A stretch of DNA of 64,000 bases from Vulcanimicrobiota bacterium. Lineage in GTDB: Bacteria > Vulcanimicrobiota > Vulcanimicrobiia > Vulcanimicrobiales > Vulcanimicrobiaceae. The notes below the pieces were generated by a model, which was not told where the DNA came from, searched no databases, and was given only the letters and a program-made list of their open reading frames with translations. This document shows, piece after piece, positions 34,456 to 44,660 of this stretch. Each line of letters begins with the position of its first letter. Position 1 is the first letter of the stretch. Where the stretch lies: contig CAWCIZ010000003.1 in NCBI GenBank assembly GCA_963795855.1, forward strand, positions 288,001 to 352,000. Direction: 5' to 3'. Both the position numbers and the translations under genes were made by a program.

Positions 34456-34886
34456 CGCGCACCTTCCGCGAGCGCGCGTTCGACCATGAGGCTTGCGAGG
34501 TCGCGCACGGTTTGCGGCTCGTTGGCGCGCGCGGCTTGCAGTTCGGAACTCACCGTGCGCTCCGCTTGCGCGGCGATCGCTGCTGCTTTAGCGTTGCTTT
34601 CCGCAGCAATCGAGCCCGCTTCGTTCGAAGCGTTGGCCCGTTGTTGCGCGAGCAACTGCTCGGCTTCCCGGCGCGCCGTCGCGCGAATGCTCTCCGCCTG
34701 CGTGCGCAATTCGTGCGCCTCCGCTTGATACCGATCGTAGTCGTTGGTCACGCCGTTGATGTATTCGCGGCGCTTGACGATCGCTTTGGAAACCGGACGA
34801 ATGAAGACCACGTTCAAAATCGCGAAAAAGATCACGAAGTTGATCAGCTGGACTATCAGCGTTCCGCCCGATGGTTGGAGAAACAT
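34452..34886 (-). CDS. ATP synthase Fo b'-like subunit
   Basis: TLIVQLINFVIFFAILN...RPVSKAIVKRREYI; second b-type gene. Confidence 0.85.
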   Translation of the reverse strand: MFLQPSGGTLIVQLINFVIFFAILNVVFIRPVSKAIVKRREYINGVTNDYDRYQAEAHELRTQAESIRATARREAEQLLAQQRANASNEAGSIAAESNAKAAAIAAQAERTVSSELQAARANEPQTVRDLASLMVERALAEGAR

Positions 34887-34906
34887 GCGCGATCGTGGCT
34901 CCGCTC

Positions 34907-35185
34907 TTACTTCGCGAACGCGGCCATCAGCGAAGGCACCTTCGCCAAAACGATGAGGATGTAGAATGCGAGCGCGATGGCGATGAACGGAACGGCTTCC
35001 AACACGCCGACGCCAAGGAACATGAACGTGAAGATGTTCGAGCGCGCTTCCGGCTGACGCGCGATCGCTTCGACGGCTTTCGACGCGACGTTGCCGTCGC
35101 CGACGGCTGAACCGAACGCGACGCCTGCGATGATGAGGCCGAACGCGAGGAACGCCATGCCGATGATAAACGCTTGCGGATTCAA
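34907..35185 (-). CDS. atpE: ATP synthase Fo c subunit
   Basis: EAIARQPEA, GVLEAVP; TTG start after GAAAGGAA. Confidence 0.93.
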   Translation of the reverse strand: MNPQAFIIGMAFLAFGLIIAGVAFGSAVGDGNVASKAVEAIARQPEARSNIFTFMFLGVGVLEAVPFIAIALAFYILIVLAKVPSLMAAFAK

Positions 35186-35198
35186 GGACTTTCCTTTC

Positions 35199-35930
35199 TC
35201 AGTGGTCCTCCGCAATCGCCAGCGACAGATAGACGATTGCGAGAAGAGTGAAGACGAACGCTTGAATGGTGCCGACGAAGAAATTGAAAAACTGAATGAA
35301 GAAGGGCACGACGGTGACGGCGAGCGAGAGATTCACCGGGCCGAGCATAACTTTCGCGGTGATGATCGAAGCGATGATGATGAACAGCAGTTCGCCGACG
35401 AAAATATTGAAGAACAGCCGCGCCGCGAGGGTCGTGGGACGCAAGATCTCGTCGACGACGTTCAGTGGAAACAGAATCGGAAAAGGCCGGAAGAGATGCT
35501 TGAGATAGCCCGGTCCTTTTTTGCGGAACGCGACGAACTGAATCAAAAAGAACACCGTCAACGCGTATGGGACGACGGTGTTGAGATCGGCGGTCGGCGA
35601 GCCGCCGAACGGCAAGCCTACGACCTTGAAGGGAAGCATGCCGAACTGATTTAGGAGAAAAATGAAGATGAACAGCGCCACGAAGAAGGGCACGAACGGC
35701 TCGCCCGGCGGGCCGAGCACGCCGTATGCCAAGTCGGCGATATAATTCATCACGCCTTCGACGATCGCTTGTCGCTTCGTGACGCGCGCGCTGCGGTAGC
35801 TGCCGCCGATGAACGCGAACAAAATGAGCGAAACCGCCATGACGAGCCACGTCGTCATAACGGTATCGGCGTGCACCTGACCGATGACGGGCCAGTTCCA
35901 CGTTATATGCTCGCCTATTTGCTCGTGCAC
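35199..35930 (-). CDS. atpB: ATP synthase Fo a subunit
   Basis: SPTADLNT, RPTTLAARLFFNIF, IQAFVFTLL. Confidence 0.95.
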   Translation of the reverse strand: MHEQIGEHITWNWPVIGQVHADTVMTTWLVMAVSLILFAFIGGSYRSARVTKRQAIVEGVMNYIADLAYGVLGPPGEPFVPFFVALFIFIFLLNQFGMLPFKVVGLPFGGSPTADLNTVVPYALTVFFLIQFVAFRKKGPGYLKHLFRPFPILFPLNVVDEILRPTTLAARLFFNIFVGELLFIIIASIITAKVMLGPVNLSLAVTVVPFFIQFFNFFVGTIQAFVFTLLAIVYLSLAIAEDH

Positions 35931-36373
35931 GAACTACGCTTCCGTCGATGTGCGCTCTGCAGGCCGAGCCCGAAAAGCGCGAGCGGCGTAAAGAACCCGA
36001 TGAAATAGCACCCAAGCGTCCATAAAGAAGAAACCCGGAGCGCCAGCACCACGGGCACTATACCGAAGAGGCCTAGGCGGAGAAAACTACTTATGACGAA
36101 CACCGGTATGCTCCGGCGCTCGAGAAGTCGTTCGTTTCCGGCCATCGACAGCAGCGCATTTCCCACTCCGGCAACTCCACCCACTGCGAGCGCAACGGCG
36201 AACCATTGGTACCACAGTGCGAGGGGGAGAGCAGAGATGGCGACGAGGATCAGCGTGCCGATCGACGCGCTCCACTTGAGCCTTTTATAGAGAGCGTCGT
36301 CTGCCGCCGCTTCGGCGGGGGTGTAAGTACGGCGGGCCGGGGCGCTCTCCTCCCACTCGTCGTCCCAACTCAT
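35915..36373 (-). CDS. atpI: ATP synthase protein I-like membrane protein
   Basis: Four TM segments directly upstream of atpB. Confidence 0.7.
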   Translation of the reverse strand: MSWDDEWEESAPARRTYTPAEAAADDALYKRLKWSASIGTLILVAISALPLALWYQWFAVALAVGGVAGVGNALLSMAGNERLLERRSIPVFVISSFLRLGLFGIVPVVLALRVSSLWTLGCYFIGFFTPLALFGLGLQSAHRRKRSSCTSK

Positions 36374-36563
36374 GCGGAGCGGATTGCATCGGCGACCAGG
36401 CGGAAGGCCGCATATCCGCCGAGCACCACGCCTGCGAAAAACGCATAGATCACAATGTCGGCGCGACCGAACCGATGGTCGAGCAGGATTCCGACGAGAA
36501 TAGCGACCACGACCGTGCCGGCGAACGTTCCGCCCGCCGCCACGATCGCCAAACTCCCTTCAT
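36370..36563 (-). CDS. AtpZ/AtpI 'gene 1'-like small membrane protein (probable frameshift near the start)
   Basis: AILVGILLDHRFG motif; first gene of the atp block. Confidence 0.65.
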
Positions 36564-37711
36564 GCCGAGGCTTGAAACGGTTGCGGGTAGGCAGCGTCGC
36601 GCAGGCGCGCGAGCAGCCAGTCGACGATGCGTTCCGCCGCACGTCCGTCGCCGTACGGATTCACCGCCCGGGCCATGCGATCGTAGTGAGCGCGATCGGT
36701 CAGCAGCCGCGTCGCGGCGTGCACGATGCGCTCTCTGCCGTTGCCGGTGAGCTCGAGCGTCCCCGCCTGTACGCCCTCGGGACGTTCCGTTTCTTCGCGC
36801 ATGACGAGCACCGGCTTTCCCAGACACGGCGCTTCTTCTTGAATGCCGCCCGAGTCCGTCAAGACGAACGTGCAGTCGCGCACCGCGCTGACCATCTCCC
36901 CGTAGTCGAGCGGATCGTCGAGAATGACGCCGTTTTGCGTGCCCAGCACGGCATACGCGACCGGCCGCACGCGCGGCGAAGGATGCACCGGCCAAATGAT
37001 CTGCGGGCGCATCGGCAACTGCACGATCTCGCGCATCGCTTCGCACATTTCACGCATATGCACGTGATTTTCGCGCCGGTGCGCGGTCACCACGATAACC
37101 GGCCGGGACGGATCGATCTTCTCCCAGCCCGGCGGTTTAGAGAGATCGGTTCGATCCGCGGTCTGTAAGAACGCGTCGATGACCGTGTTGCCGGTAACGA
37201 TGATATTCTCTTGCGGAACGTGCTCTTGCAGCAGATGCTCGCGCGCGAGCTGCGTCGGCGCGAAATGATACGACGCGATCGTTCCCGTCAGGCGCCGGTT
37301 CATCTCTTCGGGAAACGGCATCCACGGATCGCTCGTTCGTAAGCCCGCTTCCACGTGGCCCGTTGGAATTTGCTGGTAGAATGCGGCGAGCGCGGCGGCA
37401 GTGCTCGTCGCCGTGTCGCCGTGCACCAGCACGACGTCGGGTCGCGCAATTTTCAACACGCCTTCCATGCCGATAAGCACGCGCGTCGTGATATCCGTCA
37501 GCGTTTGATCCGCCGTCATGATGTCCAGATCGTAGTGCGGACGGATCTCGAACAGTTCGAGCAGATCGTCGAGCATCTGCCGATGCTGCGCGGTGACGCA
37601 AACGATACCCTCGATTTGCGGATGCGACGCGAGCGCGTGCACGACGGGCGCCATTTTGATGGTGTCCGGACGCGTTCCGAAGACGGACATGACGCGCAGC
37701 GTTTGGCTCAT
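36560..37711 (-). CDS. wecB: UDP-N-acetylglucosamine 2-epimerase (non-hydrolysing)
   Basis: VFGTRPDTIKMAP, HVEAGLRT, TDSGGIQEEAP, NPYGDG. Confidence 0.95.
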   Translation of the reverse strand: MSQTLRVMSVFGTRPDTIKMAPVVHALASHPQIEGIVCVTAQHRQMLDDLLELFEIRPHYDLDIMTADQTLTDITTRVLIGMEGVLKIARPDVVLVHGDTATSTAAALAAFYQQIPTGHVEAGLRTSDPWMPFPEEMNRRLTGTIASYHFAPTQLAREHLLQEHVPQENIIVTGNTVIDAFLQTADRTDLSKPPGWEKIDPSRPVIVVTAHRRENHVHMREMCEAMREIVQLPMRPQIIWPVHPSPRVRPVAYAVLGTQNGVILDDPLDYGEMVSAVRDCTFVLTDSGGIQEEAPCLGKPVLVMREETERPEGVQAGTLELTGNGRERIVHAATRLLTDRAHYDRMARAVNPYGDGRAAERIVDWLLARLRDAAYPQPFQASA

Positions 37712-38803
37712 TTTAAATGGCGCATGAAGACCGCGCCGACGTAAACGTCCCCCGAGGGCGCCGCAGAAATCCGAGCAAAGCCGCCCGCGAGAAACAGCGC
37801 GACGGCGCCGAGCACGATGCAGATCGCGTAGATCAACAGCACGGCTTGGCGCACGTTCAAACCGTAGCGGAAAATAAGTCTGATGATGAAAATGGCCGCG
37901 GTCCGCCTCCGTGATTTTCTTTCCGGAACGCGCGCGCCGGTAGATCGCTGCGGCCGTATCGAGAATCGGGAGCGCAAGCACGACCAGCGGCGCGATCAAC
38001 CCGACGGCGATCGCCGTTTTGCTGGTTCCCATAATCGAAACGGTCGCGAATACGTAGCCGATGAAAAGCGAACCCGTATCGCCAAGAATGATGCGCGCGG
38101 GATTGAAATTGAACGGCAGAAATCCAAGCGCGGCGCCGGCAAGCGTCACGACGACCAGTGCCACCACCGGGTTCCCTTTCGTGAGCGCGATTGCGAAAAG
38201 AAAGATGCACGAGATTGCGGTGAAGCCGGTGAGCAGACCGTCCAGCCCGTCGATGAAATTGATGGCGTTCATCATTCCCAAGTACCACAGCAGCGTGATG
38301 GGAAGGCTGAACCAAAGCGGAAAGTCGACGTACTGATGCGTGATCGGATTCTGCACGTCCGATATCGTGAAGCCGTACACCATGGAGATGCCGGCGACGA
38401 CGATTTGCGCGATGAACTTGTAGCGCGGGCGCATGGTCATCAGGTCGTCCCACAGACCGACGCCCAGAATCAGCATGCTTCCGAAGAGCAGTCCGATGAG
38501 ATTGTGCACGCTCGCGAGCTGGTCGCGCAACTGGTCTTGGAGCGTGTCGTGCGGATCGACGGGGAAGAATCCGTGGACGTGTGAGAGCGCTATGCCGAGC
38601 ACCGCGAACAGGGCGAACGCGAAGCCGAAAAACACCGCAACACCGCCGATACGCGGTTTCGGCACGTCGTGCATCCGCCGGTCGCCGACCTCGTCCATCA
38701 TGCCGACGTGGTGCGCCAGTCGAATGATGAACGGCGTGAGCAGCGTGGAAACCACGCCCGCAAGCACCAGCGCCGCTATGTAAATGTAGACGGGCGCCTT
38801 CAC
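37708..38803 (-). CDS. MraY-family UDP-GlcNAc:undecaprenyl-phosphate GlcNAc-1-P transferase (TagO/WecA); frameshift near 37880
   Basis: NAINFIDGLDGL, FNFNPARIILGDTGS, ADRGHFHH. Confidence 0.9.
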
Positions 38804-39240
38804 GTGTGCATCCCCTCAAGCGCGGCGAACGGCATGAGCGCGACGCCGGCCTCGGAAAGGAGCTCTTGCGCGATAGCATCGGGATAGGCGACGTCGTAGA
38901 CGATTTTGCGCACGCCCGCGCTAATCAGCAACTTCGAGCAGTTCACGCACGGCTGATGGGTGCAGTAGGCGATGGAGTCCGCGAGATTGACGCCGTGCAG
39001 CGCGGCCTGCACGACCGCGTTGGCTTCCGCGTGCGTCGCGCGCATGCAGTGATCGTTCACCAGCATGCAGCCGACTTCCGTGCAATGCGGTACGCCGCGC
39101 GGCGACCCATTGTAACCCGTCGTGAGGATCCGGTGTTCGCGAACGAGCACGCACCCGACCGACGCGCGTGGACACGTTGCACGGGTTCCCACGGTGCGTG
39201 CAATCTGCATGAAATATTCATCCCAGCCCGGGCGCGTCAT
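38800..39240 (-). CDS. dCMP deaminase / ComEB family
   Basis: RPGWDEYFM, TGYNG, HAEANA, PCVNC. Confidence 0.92.
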   Translation of the reverse strand: MTRPGWDEYFMQIARTVGTRATCPRASVGCVLVREHRILTTGYNGSPRGVPHCTEVGCMLVNDHCMRATHAEANAVVQAALHGVNLADSIAYCTHQPCVNCSKLLISAGVRKIVYDVAYPDAIAQELLSEAGVALMPFAALEGMHT

Positions 39241-39912
39241 GCATTCTCTCTCGGACGTACCGCAACCGGCACCGAGCTCGGTGCTTCCGAACATGCGATC
39301 TCCGGCATCGCCGAGGCCGGGAACGATGTACCCGTGATCGTTCAGCCGTTCGTCGAGCGAACCGGTCACGATGCGGACTCCCGGATGCGCCGCGTGAACG
39401 GTGCGAACGCCCTCGGGAGCGGCGATCAAACTGATGAACGTCACGTCGCTCGCACCGCGCGAAACGAGCGCGTCGATCGCTGCCGCCCCGGAATTTCCGG
39501 TTGCAAGCATGGGATCGAGCACGAACACCTGGCGCTGCGACAAGTCGTCGGGAACGTTTGCGTAATACGGCACCGGCTGCAGCGTTTGCGGATCCCGATA
39601 GAAACCCAAATGCGCGACGACGGCATCGTCGATCACCGCCAGAAATCCGGGGAGCAGACCGAGGCCGGCGCGCAGGATCGGCGCGACGACGGGCCGTGCG
39701 GCGATGCGCATCGCGCGCATGGGCGTGATCGGCGTGATGACGTGTTCTTCGCGCAGCGGCAGGCCGCGCGTCGCTTCGTATGCGAGAAACGCGCCGAGTT
39801 CTTCCAGCAGCTTCCTGAATACCGGCGTCGGGGTGTCGCGATCGCGCAGGCGCGCAAGCCGATCCGCAACGGCCGGATGCGCGACGACGTGCAAACGCTC
39901 AGTGTGGGCCAT
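39237..39912 (-). CDS. upp: Uracil phosphoribosyltransferase
   Basis: PILRAGLG, DPMLATG, YIVPGLGDAGDR. Confidence 0.95.
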
Positions 39913-39971
39913 AACTGCGGTTAAGAGAATTAGGCCCGCCCGGCGTTTGGCCTCTTTAGAATACGGCGGTT

Positions 39972-41270
39972 TTACGCTTGCCGAACTTGAAAACGGGCCC
40001 GCAGGCCATACAGAAGGGCGAAATACGGGCGGACGTCGTCGCGGCTCAGCAGGAACAAGCGCTTCGGCGAGATCTTCGTGTGACGGCAGAAATGCACCAC
40101 CGCGGCCGCAAACGTCACCAAATACGACACCGTCGTCGCAATGGCGCCGCCCGCGATCCCGATGTGTGGAATCGTGAGCACCGTGACGACGCCGCAGATG
40201 ATCGCCGACGCCAAACGGAAATAAAGCGGCAGCCGCGGTTCGCCGAGCTGCTGCGAGAAGAACGTCGTCAGCGCGCCCATCATGCTGTACGCAACCATTC
40301 CCGGCAGCAGCAATTCGGTGACGATCACCGCGCCGCTGAACGCTCTTCCGTACACGAGCGGTATCACGAGCGGCACGAGTGCCGCGACCGGAATCGACGT
40401 CACGAGCACGAGCGCGAAGGAGTGACGCATGCATGCCGCGGTCGCCTGCGCCGATTCCGCTTCCGTCCCGCGCGCGATGCGGCCGAACATTGCGGTGGCG
40501 ATGGGCCGGCTGAGCTGCCACAACATTTCACCGATGCCGATGCCGATGGAATAGACGCCGAGCGCGCTGCGTCCGAGCAGAAACATGATGATGAACACGT
40601 CGATGCGCGAGTTCAGGAACATAACGGCGTTGCCCAAGCCCATTTGCGCGGCGTATTTCAGCTGCTCGGGGATCAGCGGTCCGCTATCGTCCCCGTCGCG
40701 CTGCCCCGCATACGGCCGCAGCCGCAGAATCGTGTACGCGGCACTCCAAACGTAACCCGCAGCCCACGCGATCAGCAGCCCCGTAAGGCCGACGTGGAAG
40801 AACAGCAGCAGCGCCGTGTAGCACAGGATCGGGATGATTCCCGAGACGACCGTCTGCACGTTGATGCTGCGGACGTCGGAATCGGCGAGGAAAAACCCGG
40901 TTGCGGATTGCGCGAACATGGCGAACGGCAATGCCGCCGCTACGGCGATGAGCGCGCGCTGGTCGGGAAGCACGAGGCCGACGGCAGCGAGCGCCAAAGC
41001 CGCGGGAAGCGCGACGCAGGCAAGCACCTTGCCCATCGAGTGCAGCAGCGCCGCCGGCGATCGAGAACGCTTGGTGAACTGCCATGCTATTGCGTAGGGC
41101 TGGCCGTTGAGCATCAGCAGTAACGCGAGCGTCATATAGGCGTACGTGAAGACGCCTTTTCCGGACGCTCCCAACATGCGGGCCACGACGATCGATCCGC
41201 CGATCGAGACCGCTTGCAGGGCGACGCGGGTGAGGAACGTCTGAACGCTTTTCTTTGCTATTTCGCCCAT
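39972..41270 (-). CDS. Polysaccharide flippase / Wzx-like (MOP superfamily)
   Basis: ARMLGASGKG, RIDVFII, LGVYSI, GIAGGAIATTVSY; 12 or more TM segments. Confidence 0.8.
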   Translation of the reverse strand: MGEIAKKSVQTFLTRVALQAVSIGGSIVVARMLGASGKGVFTYAYMTLALLLMLNGQPYAIAWQFTKRSRSPAALLHSMGKVLACVALPAALALAAVGLVLPDQRALIAVAAALPFAMFAQSATGFFLADSDVRSINVQTVVSGIIPILCYTALLLFFHVGLTGLLIAWAAGYVWSAAYTILRLRPYAGQRDGDDSGPLIPEQLKYAAQMGLGNAVMFLNSRIDVFIIMFLLGRSALGVYSIGIGIGEMLWQLSRPIATAMFGRIARGTEAESAQATAACMRHSFALVLVTSIPVAALVPLVIPLVYGRAFSGAVIVTELLLPGMVAYSMMGALTTFFSQQLGEPRLPLYFRLASAIICGVVTVLTIPHIGIAGGAIATTVSYLVTFAAAVVHFCRHTKISPKRLFLLSRDDVRPYFALLYGLRARFQVRQA

Positions 41271-41418
41271 GTGAAAGCAGGCGCGGGCTGCCGAACTCGC
41301 ATGGACGGATCGTAACAGGTCGCACCGGGGCCGGACGTGGGCTGTTCAAACCCGGCGCTGGGGCCATGCGGCCCGCGAAAAGACGTTCGGGCGGGACGCC
41401 TGCGGTCTGCCTGCCTGC

Positions 41419-42666
41419 CTACGGCACGTCAAAGCGAGCAGTCAGCTCGCGCACGCGATCCCGTAGCCGCTCGATCTTCGCGCGCGTCGCGATGTCGTCC
41501 AATCCTTCGCAAATGATGCGCGCCACTTCGCGGCAGTCGTCCTCGCCGAATCCGCGCGAGGTGATGGCCGGGGTGCCGACGCGAATGCCGCTCGCCACGA
41601 ACGGCTTTTGCTTATCGTACGGAATCGCGTTTTTGTTCACGGTGATCCCAATCGCGTCCAAGTACTCCTCGGTCGCCTTGCCGGTCAAACCTTTGACGGA
41701 AACGTCCACCAACATCAAGTGGGTGTCGGTTCCTCCGCCGACCAGGCGCAGGCCGTTGCGCAAAAACTCGTCGGCCATCATCTTCGCGTTGCGTACGACC
41801 TGCTGCTGATACGTCGCGAACTGCGGCTGCAGCGCTTCGCCGAACGCTACCGCCTTCGCTGCAATCAGATGCATGAACGGTCCGCCTTGAATTCCCGGAA
41901 ACACCGACTTGTCGAGCGGCTGCGCCCATTGTTCGGTGCACAGGACCAGTCCGCCGCGCGGACCGCGCAGCGTCTTGTGCGTCGTCGAGGTCACGAAATC
42001 GGCGAACGGAACCGGCGAAGGATGAAGCCCGGTCGCAACGAGACCGGCGATGTGCGCCATGTCGACCATGAAGACGGCCCCGATCTCGTCCGCGATCTCG
42101 CGGAACGGCGCATACTCCATCGTACGCGGATATGCGCTCGCTCCGGCGATGATCATCTTGGGCTTGTGTTCGCGAGCCAACTTTTGCACTTCGTCGAAGT
42201 CGATGAGTTCCGTATCCGAACGCACGCCGTACGCAAGGGCGTCGTACAATTTTCCGCTGAAACTGACTTTCGTTCCGTGCGTGAGATGGCCGCCGTGCGC
42301 CAGCGACATGCCGAGCACCGTGTCGCCCGGCTTGAGCACCGCCATGAATACCGCCATGTTCGCTTGCGCGCCCGCGTGCACTTGAACGTTCGCGTGGTCC
42401 GCGCCGAACAAGCGTTTGAGACGCTCGATCGCCAGCGTCTCGACGACGTCGACGTATTCGCATCCGCCGTAGTAGCGCTTCCCGGGGTATCCCTCCGCGT
42501 ACTTGTTCGTCATGACGCTGCCCATCGCTTCGCGCACCGCTTTGCTCGCGTAATTCTCCGACGCGATCAGTTCGAGGTTTTCGCGCTGACGGCGATCCTC
42601 GTCTTGAATTGCCGCAAAGACTTGCGGATCTTGCGCTTCGACGTGGCTAAGGGAGAGTATGGCCAT
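41419..42666 (-). CDS. glyA: Serine hydroxymethyltransferase
   Basis: [36 protein letters not shown]. Confidence 0.98.
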   Translation of the reverse strand: MAILSLSHVEAQDPQVFAAIQDEDRRQRENLELIASENYASKAVREAMGSVMTNKYAEGYPGKRYYGGCEYVDVVETLAIERLKRLFGADHANVQVHAGAQANMAVFMAVLKPGDTVLGMSLAHGGHLTHGTKVSFSGKLYDALAYGVRSDTELIDFDEVQKLAREHKPKMIIAGASAYPRTMEYAPFREIADEIGAVFMVDMAHIAGLVATGLHPSPVPFADFVTSTTHKTLRGPRGGLVLCTEQWAQPLDKSVFPGIQGGPFMHLIAAKAVAFGEALQPQFATYQQQVVRNAKMMADEFLRNGLRLVGGGTDTHLMLVDVSVKGLTGKATEEYLDAIGITVNKNAIPYDKQKPFVASGIRVGTPAITSRGFGEDDCREVARIICEGLDDIATRAKIERLRDRVRELTARFDVP

Positions 42667-42678
42667 GTGCGTGCTTTC

Positions 42679-43209
42679 TTAGGCGTGAGATTCCAGGAGG
42701 TTTGGCGGCGTCTTCGCGTCGGTCACTTCACCGGCTTCGAGCGCTTTGAGCGTGCGCTCGCGCTGCGCGTCGGTATATTCGAAGAGCTGCTCGACGCGCC
42801 ATGCGTGCCTGCCGCCGTCGAAGCCGGTAGACAAAAAAACTTGTACGAGACGTTCGAGCATTTCCCACCCGGTAAGGCGCTCCGAGAGCGCGATGACGTT
42901 CGCGTCGTTGTGACGGCGCGCGAGTTCCCCCTGCAGCGGATCGAAGACGGCGGCGCAACGCACGCCGGGCACTTTATTTGCCGCCATCGCGATACCCAGA
43001 CTCGATCCGCAAACGACGATGCCGCGCTGCGCTTGTCCGGAGGCAACCGCTTCGCCGACCACGTAGCCGAACTGCGGATAATCGACCGGCGTTTCGTCGC
43101 ACGTGCCGTAATCCAGTATCGTATGACCTTGACTGCGCAGCGCTTGCGCGAGGAGGTTTTTGACTTCGAAGCCGGCGTGATCGGCACCCATTGCGATGAC
43201 CATATTCAA
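42679..43209 (-). CDS. rpiB: Ribose-5-phosphate isomerase B
   Basis: GADHAG, VDYP, ANKVPGVR, FDGGRHAWRV. Confidence 0.93.
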   Translation of the reverse strand: MNMVIAMGADHAGFEVKNLLAQALRSQGHTILDYGTCDETPVDYPQFGYVVGEAVASGQAQRGIVVCGSSLGIAMAANKVPGVRCAAVFDPLQGELARRHNDANVIALSERLTGWEMLERLVQVFLSTGFDGGRHAWRVEQLFEYTDAQRERTLKALEAGEVTDAKTPPNLLESHA

Positions 43210-43244
43210 CAGGCGATTCTACCGTGCGGAAGAACGCCCCCTCC

Positions 43245-43952
43245 ATGAAAGTCGCGTGCTCGAGTACCGCGTTCGACGCGCAGTTGCGCGGCGATCGGCT
43301 CACGCAACTGGAGTGGGTCGATCTTTGCGCGCACGAGCTGGCGGCCGACGGCATCGTTTTTGACGTGCGGCACTTTCCCCGAACCGACACCGACTACCTC
43401 GCCCAGCTCAAGAAGATGGCGGCGGACCTGGGCTTGACGGTCGCCGCGTTGCGGCACGACGGTTTCGTGGACGCGCTAGAAACGCGGTTGGAGCAGGCGC
43501 TGGAAATGGCGCTCGCGCTCGGCGCTCCGCTGCTTTCCGCGCCGCTTCCGCCGGAAACCTCGGCGAGCTGGAGCGAGATTCAAACGCGTTTGGGCGCTGC
43601 CGCTTCCGCGGCAAAGCGGCTGAACGTCACCATCGCGGTTCGCAACGCGCCCCATACGTACGCGTCGAGTTCGCACGATCTCAAACGCGTTTCTAAAGAA
43701 ACGGACTCTGCGTGGCTTCGGTATGGCCCGGACTTCGCCTCGCTCGACGCGGGCAGCGATGCGCGCGAACTGCTTTCGAAAAGCGTGCTCGTGTGGGCGG
43801 AAGCCGCCGCCGATCCGGATGCATGCGCCGATCTGCTCGCGCAGTATCGCGGATTCGTCGTGCTCGACGCGGCCGCGGGTGACGCAGAAGCACCGGAAAT
43901 GAAAAACGCGATCCGCCGCTGGCGAACCGCGTTCGTCGTCAACCACGCGTAG
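43245..43952 (+). CDS. Sugar phosphate isomerase/epimerase-like (xylose isomerase TIM barrel) protein
   Basis: DYLAQLKKMAADLGL, ALALGAP, AAKRLNVTIAVRN pattern. Confidence 0.6.
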   Translation: MKVACSSTAFDAQLRGDRLTQLEWVDLCAHELAADGIVFDVRHFPRTDTDYLAQLKKMAADLGLTVAALRHDGFVDALETRLEQALEMALALGAPLLSAPLPPETSASWSEIQTRLGAAASAAKRLNVTIAVRNAPHTYASSSHDLKRVSKETDSAWLRYGPDFASLDAGSDARELLSKSVLVWAEAAADPDACADLLAQYRGFVVLDAAAGDAEAPEMKNAIRRWRTAFVVNHA

Positions 43953-44122
43953 CGTCTTTCGCACGAGGTTCCGAACCTGCGTTCTCGCAGGTGGGTGCGG
44001 CCCGGGCGCCGGCCCCGCAACCGTGAAGGCCAAGCGAAACCGTCGTGACCGGAGCTGATGCTCCCTATGTTCTCTCGTTGGTCCAGCACCTATGGTGCGT
44101 TGCGCGCGGTGCGCAGTCGACG
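43937..44122 (-). ncRNA. ssrS: 6S RNA
   Basis: About 186 nt; closing stem GTCGACTGCGC/GCGTGGTTGAC; contains GGACCAAC..GGGAGC and GCACCCACCTGCGAGAACGCAGGTTC, resembling conserved Firmicute 6S motifs; TGGTACAGT extended -10 just upstream. Confidence 0.8.
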
Positions 44123-44184
44123 CTCCCACTGTACCACTGCGGTCAAGTACTTGACACGACGGCTTAATGTCGTGATGGCCGCGC

Positions 44185-44628
44185 ATGGCGATATCCGTAC
44201 CTGCGGCCGCTCGCTCGAACTACGCGCTCGCGCGCGCATATCTTTCGTGCGATCCGGCGGAGCGCCGCCTCTTCCAGAGCTTGCAGCACAGCTCCCGGCG
44301 CTTCCATCTGCGCATCACGCATGACGGGGACGATCACTTCGATCCGAATACCGATACGATCGCCTGGGATCCGTACAGCGCGCTGCGCACGACCCGCGGA
44401 GGGCGGCAATCGCCGGCGCTGGGCTTGGCGCACGAGATCTCGCACGCGGTCGAAGCGCCGTCGCGTGAAGCGTCGCTGAGCGCGCACGTGCTGGCGCGCT
44501 ACGACAACGCGGAAGAGCGCCGAGTCATTCGAGGAAGTGAAACCGAAGCGGCGCGAGTGCTCGGAGAGTCGGTACGGCACGATCACCGCGGTCGGGTGTA
44601 TCATGTAGCCACGCCGGTTTCCCGGTGA
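44185..44628 (+). CDS. Small HExxH zinc metallopeptidase (M91/NleD-like)
   Basis: SPALGLAHEISHA and YDNAEERRVI motifs. Confidence 0.6.
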   Translation: MAISVPAAARSNYALARAYLSCDPAERRLFQSLQHSSRRFHLRITHDGDDHFDPNTDTIAWDPYSALRTTRGGRQSPALGLAHEISHAVEAPSREASLSAHVLARYDNAEERRVIRGSETEAARVLGESVRHDHRGRVYHVATPVSR

Positions 44629-44642
44629 AACGGGCCGGGTAC
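44616..44642 (+). promoter_or_regulatory. Putative SigB/SigF-type promoter
   Basis: GGTTT-N16-GGGTAC, 18 nt upstream of ATG 44661. Confidence 0.6.
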
Positions 44643-44660
44643 ACCGGCACGGAATTCGAG

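Noticed and set aside
36560..38803. Apparent TagO/WecA-WecB fusion (747 aa)
   Set aside because: The true transferase C-terminus (LIFRYGLNVRQAVLLIY) continues in another frame and stops at 37708; this is a frameshift artefact.
38800..39912. Apparent Upp-dCMP deaminase fusion
   Set aside because: An alternative frame ends upp with an ATGA overlap on the deaminase start. A one-base error near 39268 explains it, though reads should be checked.
43207..43221. Shared 12-mer AGAATCGCCTGT at the starts of rpiB and iscS (22272-22283)
   Set aside because: It may reflect leaderless -10 elements, but two instances are too few to call a motif.
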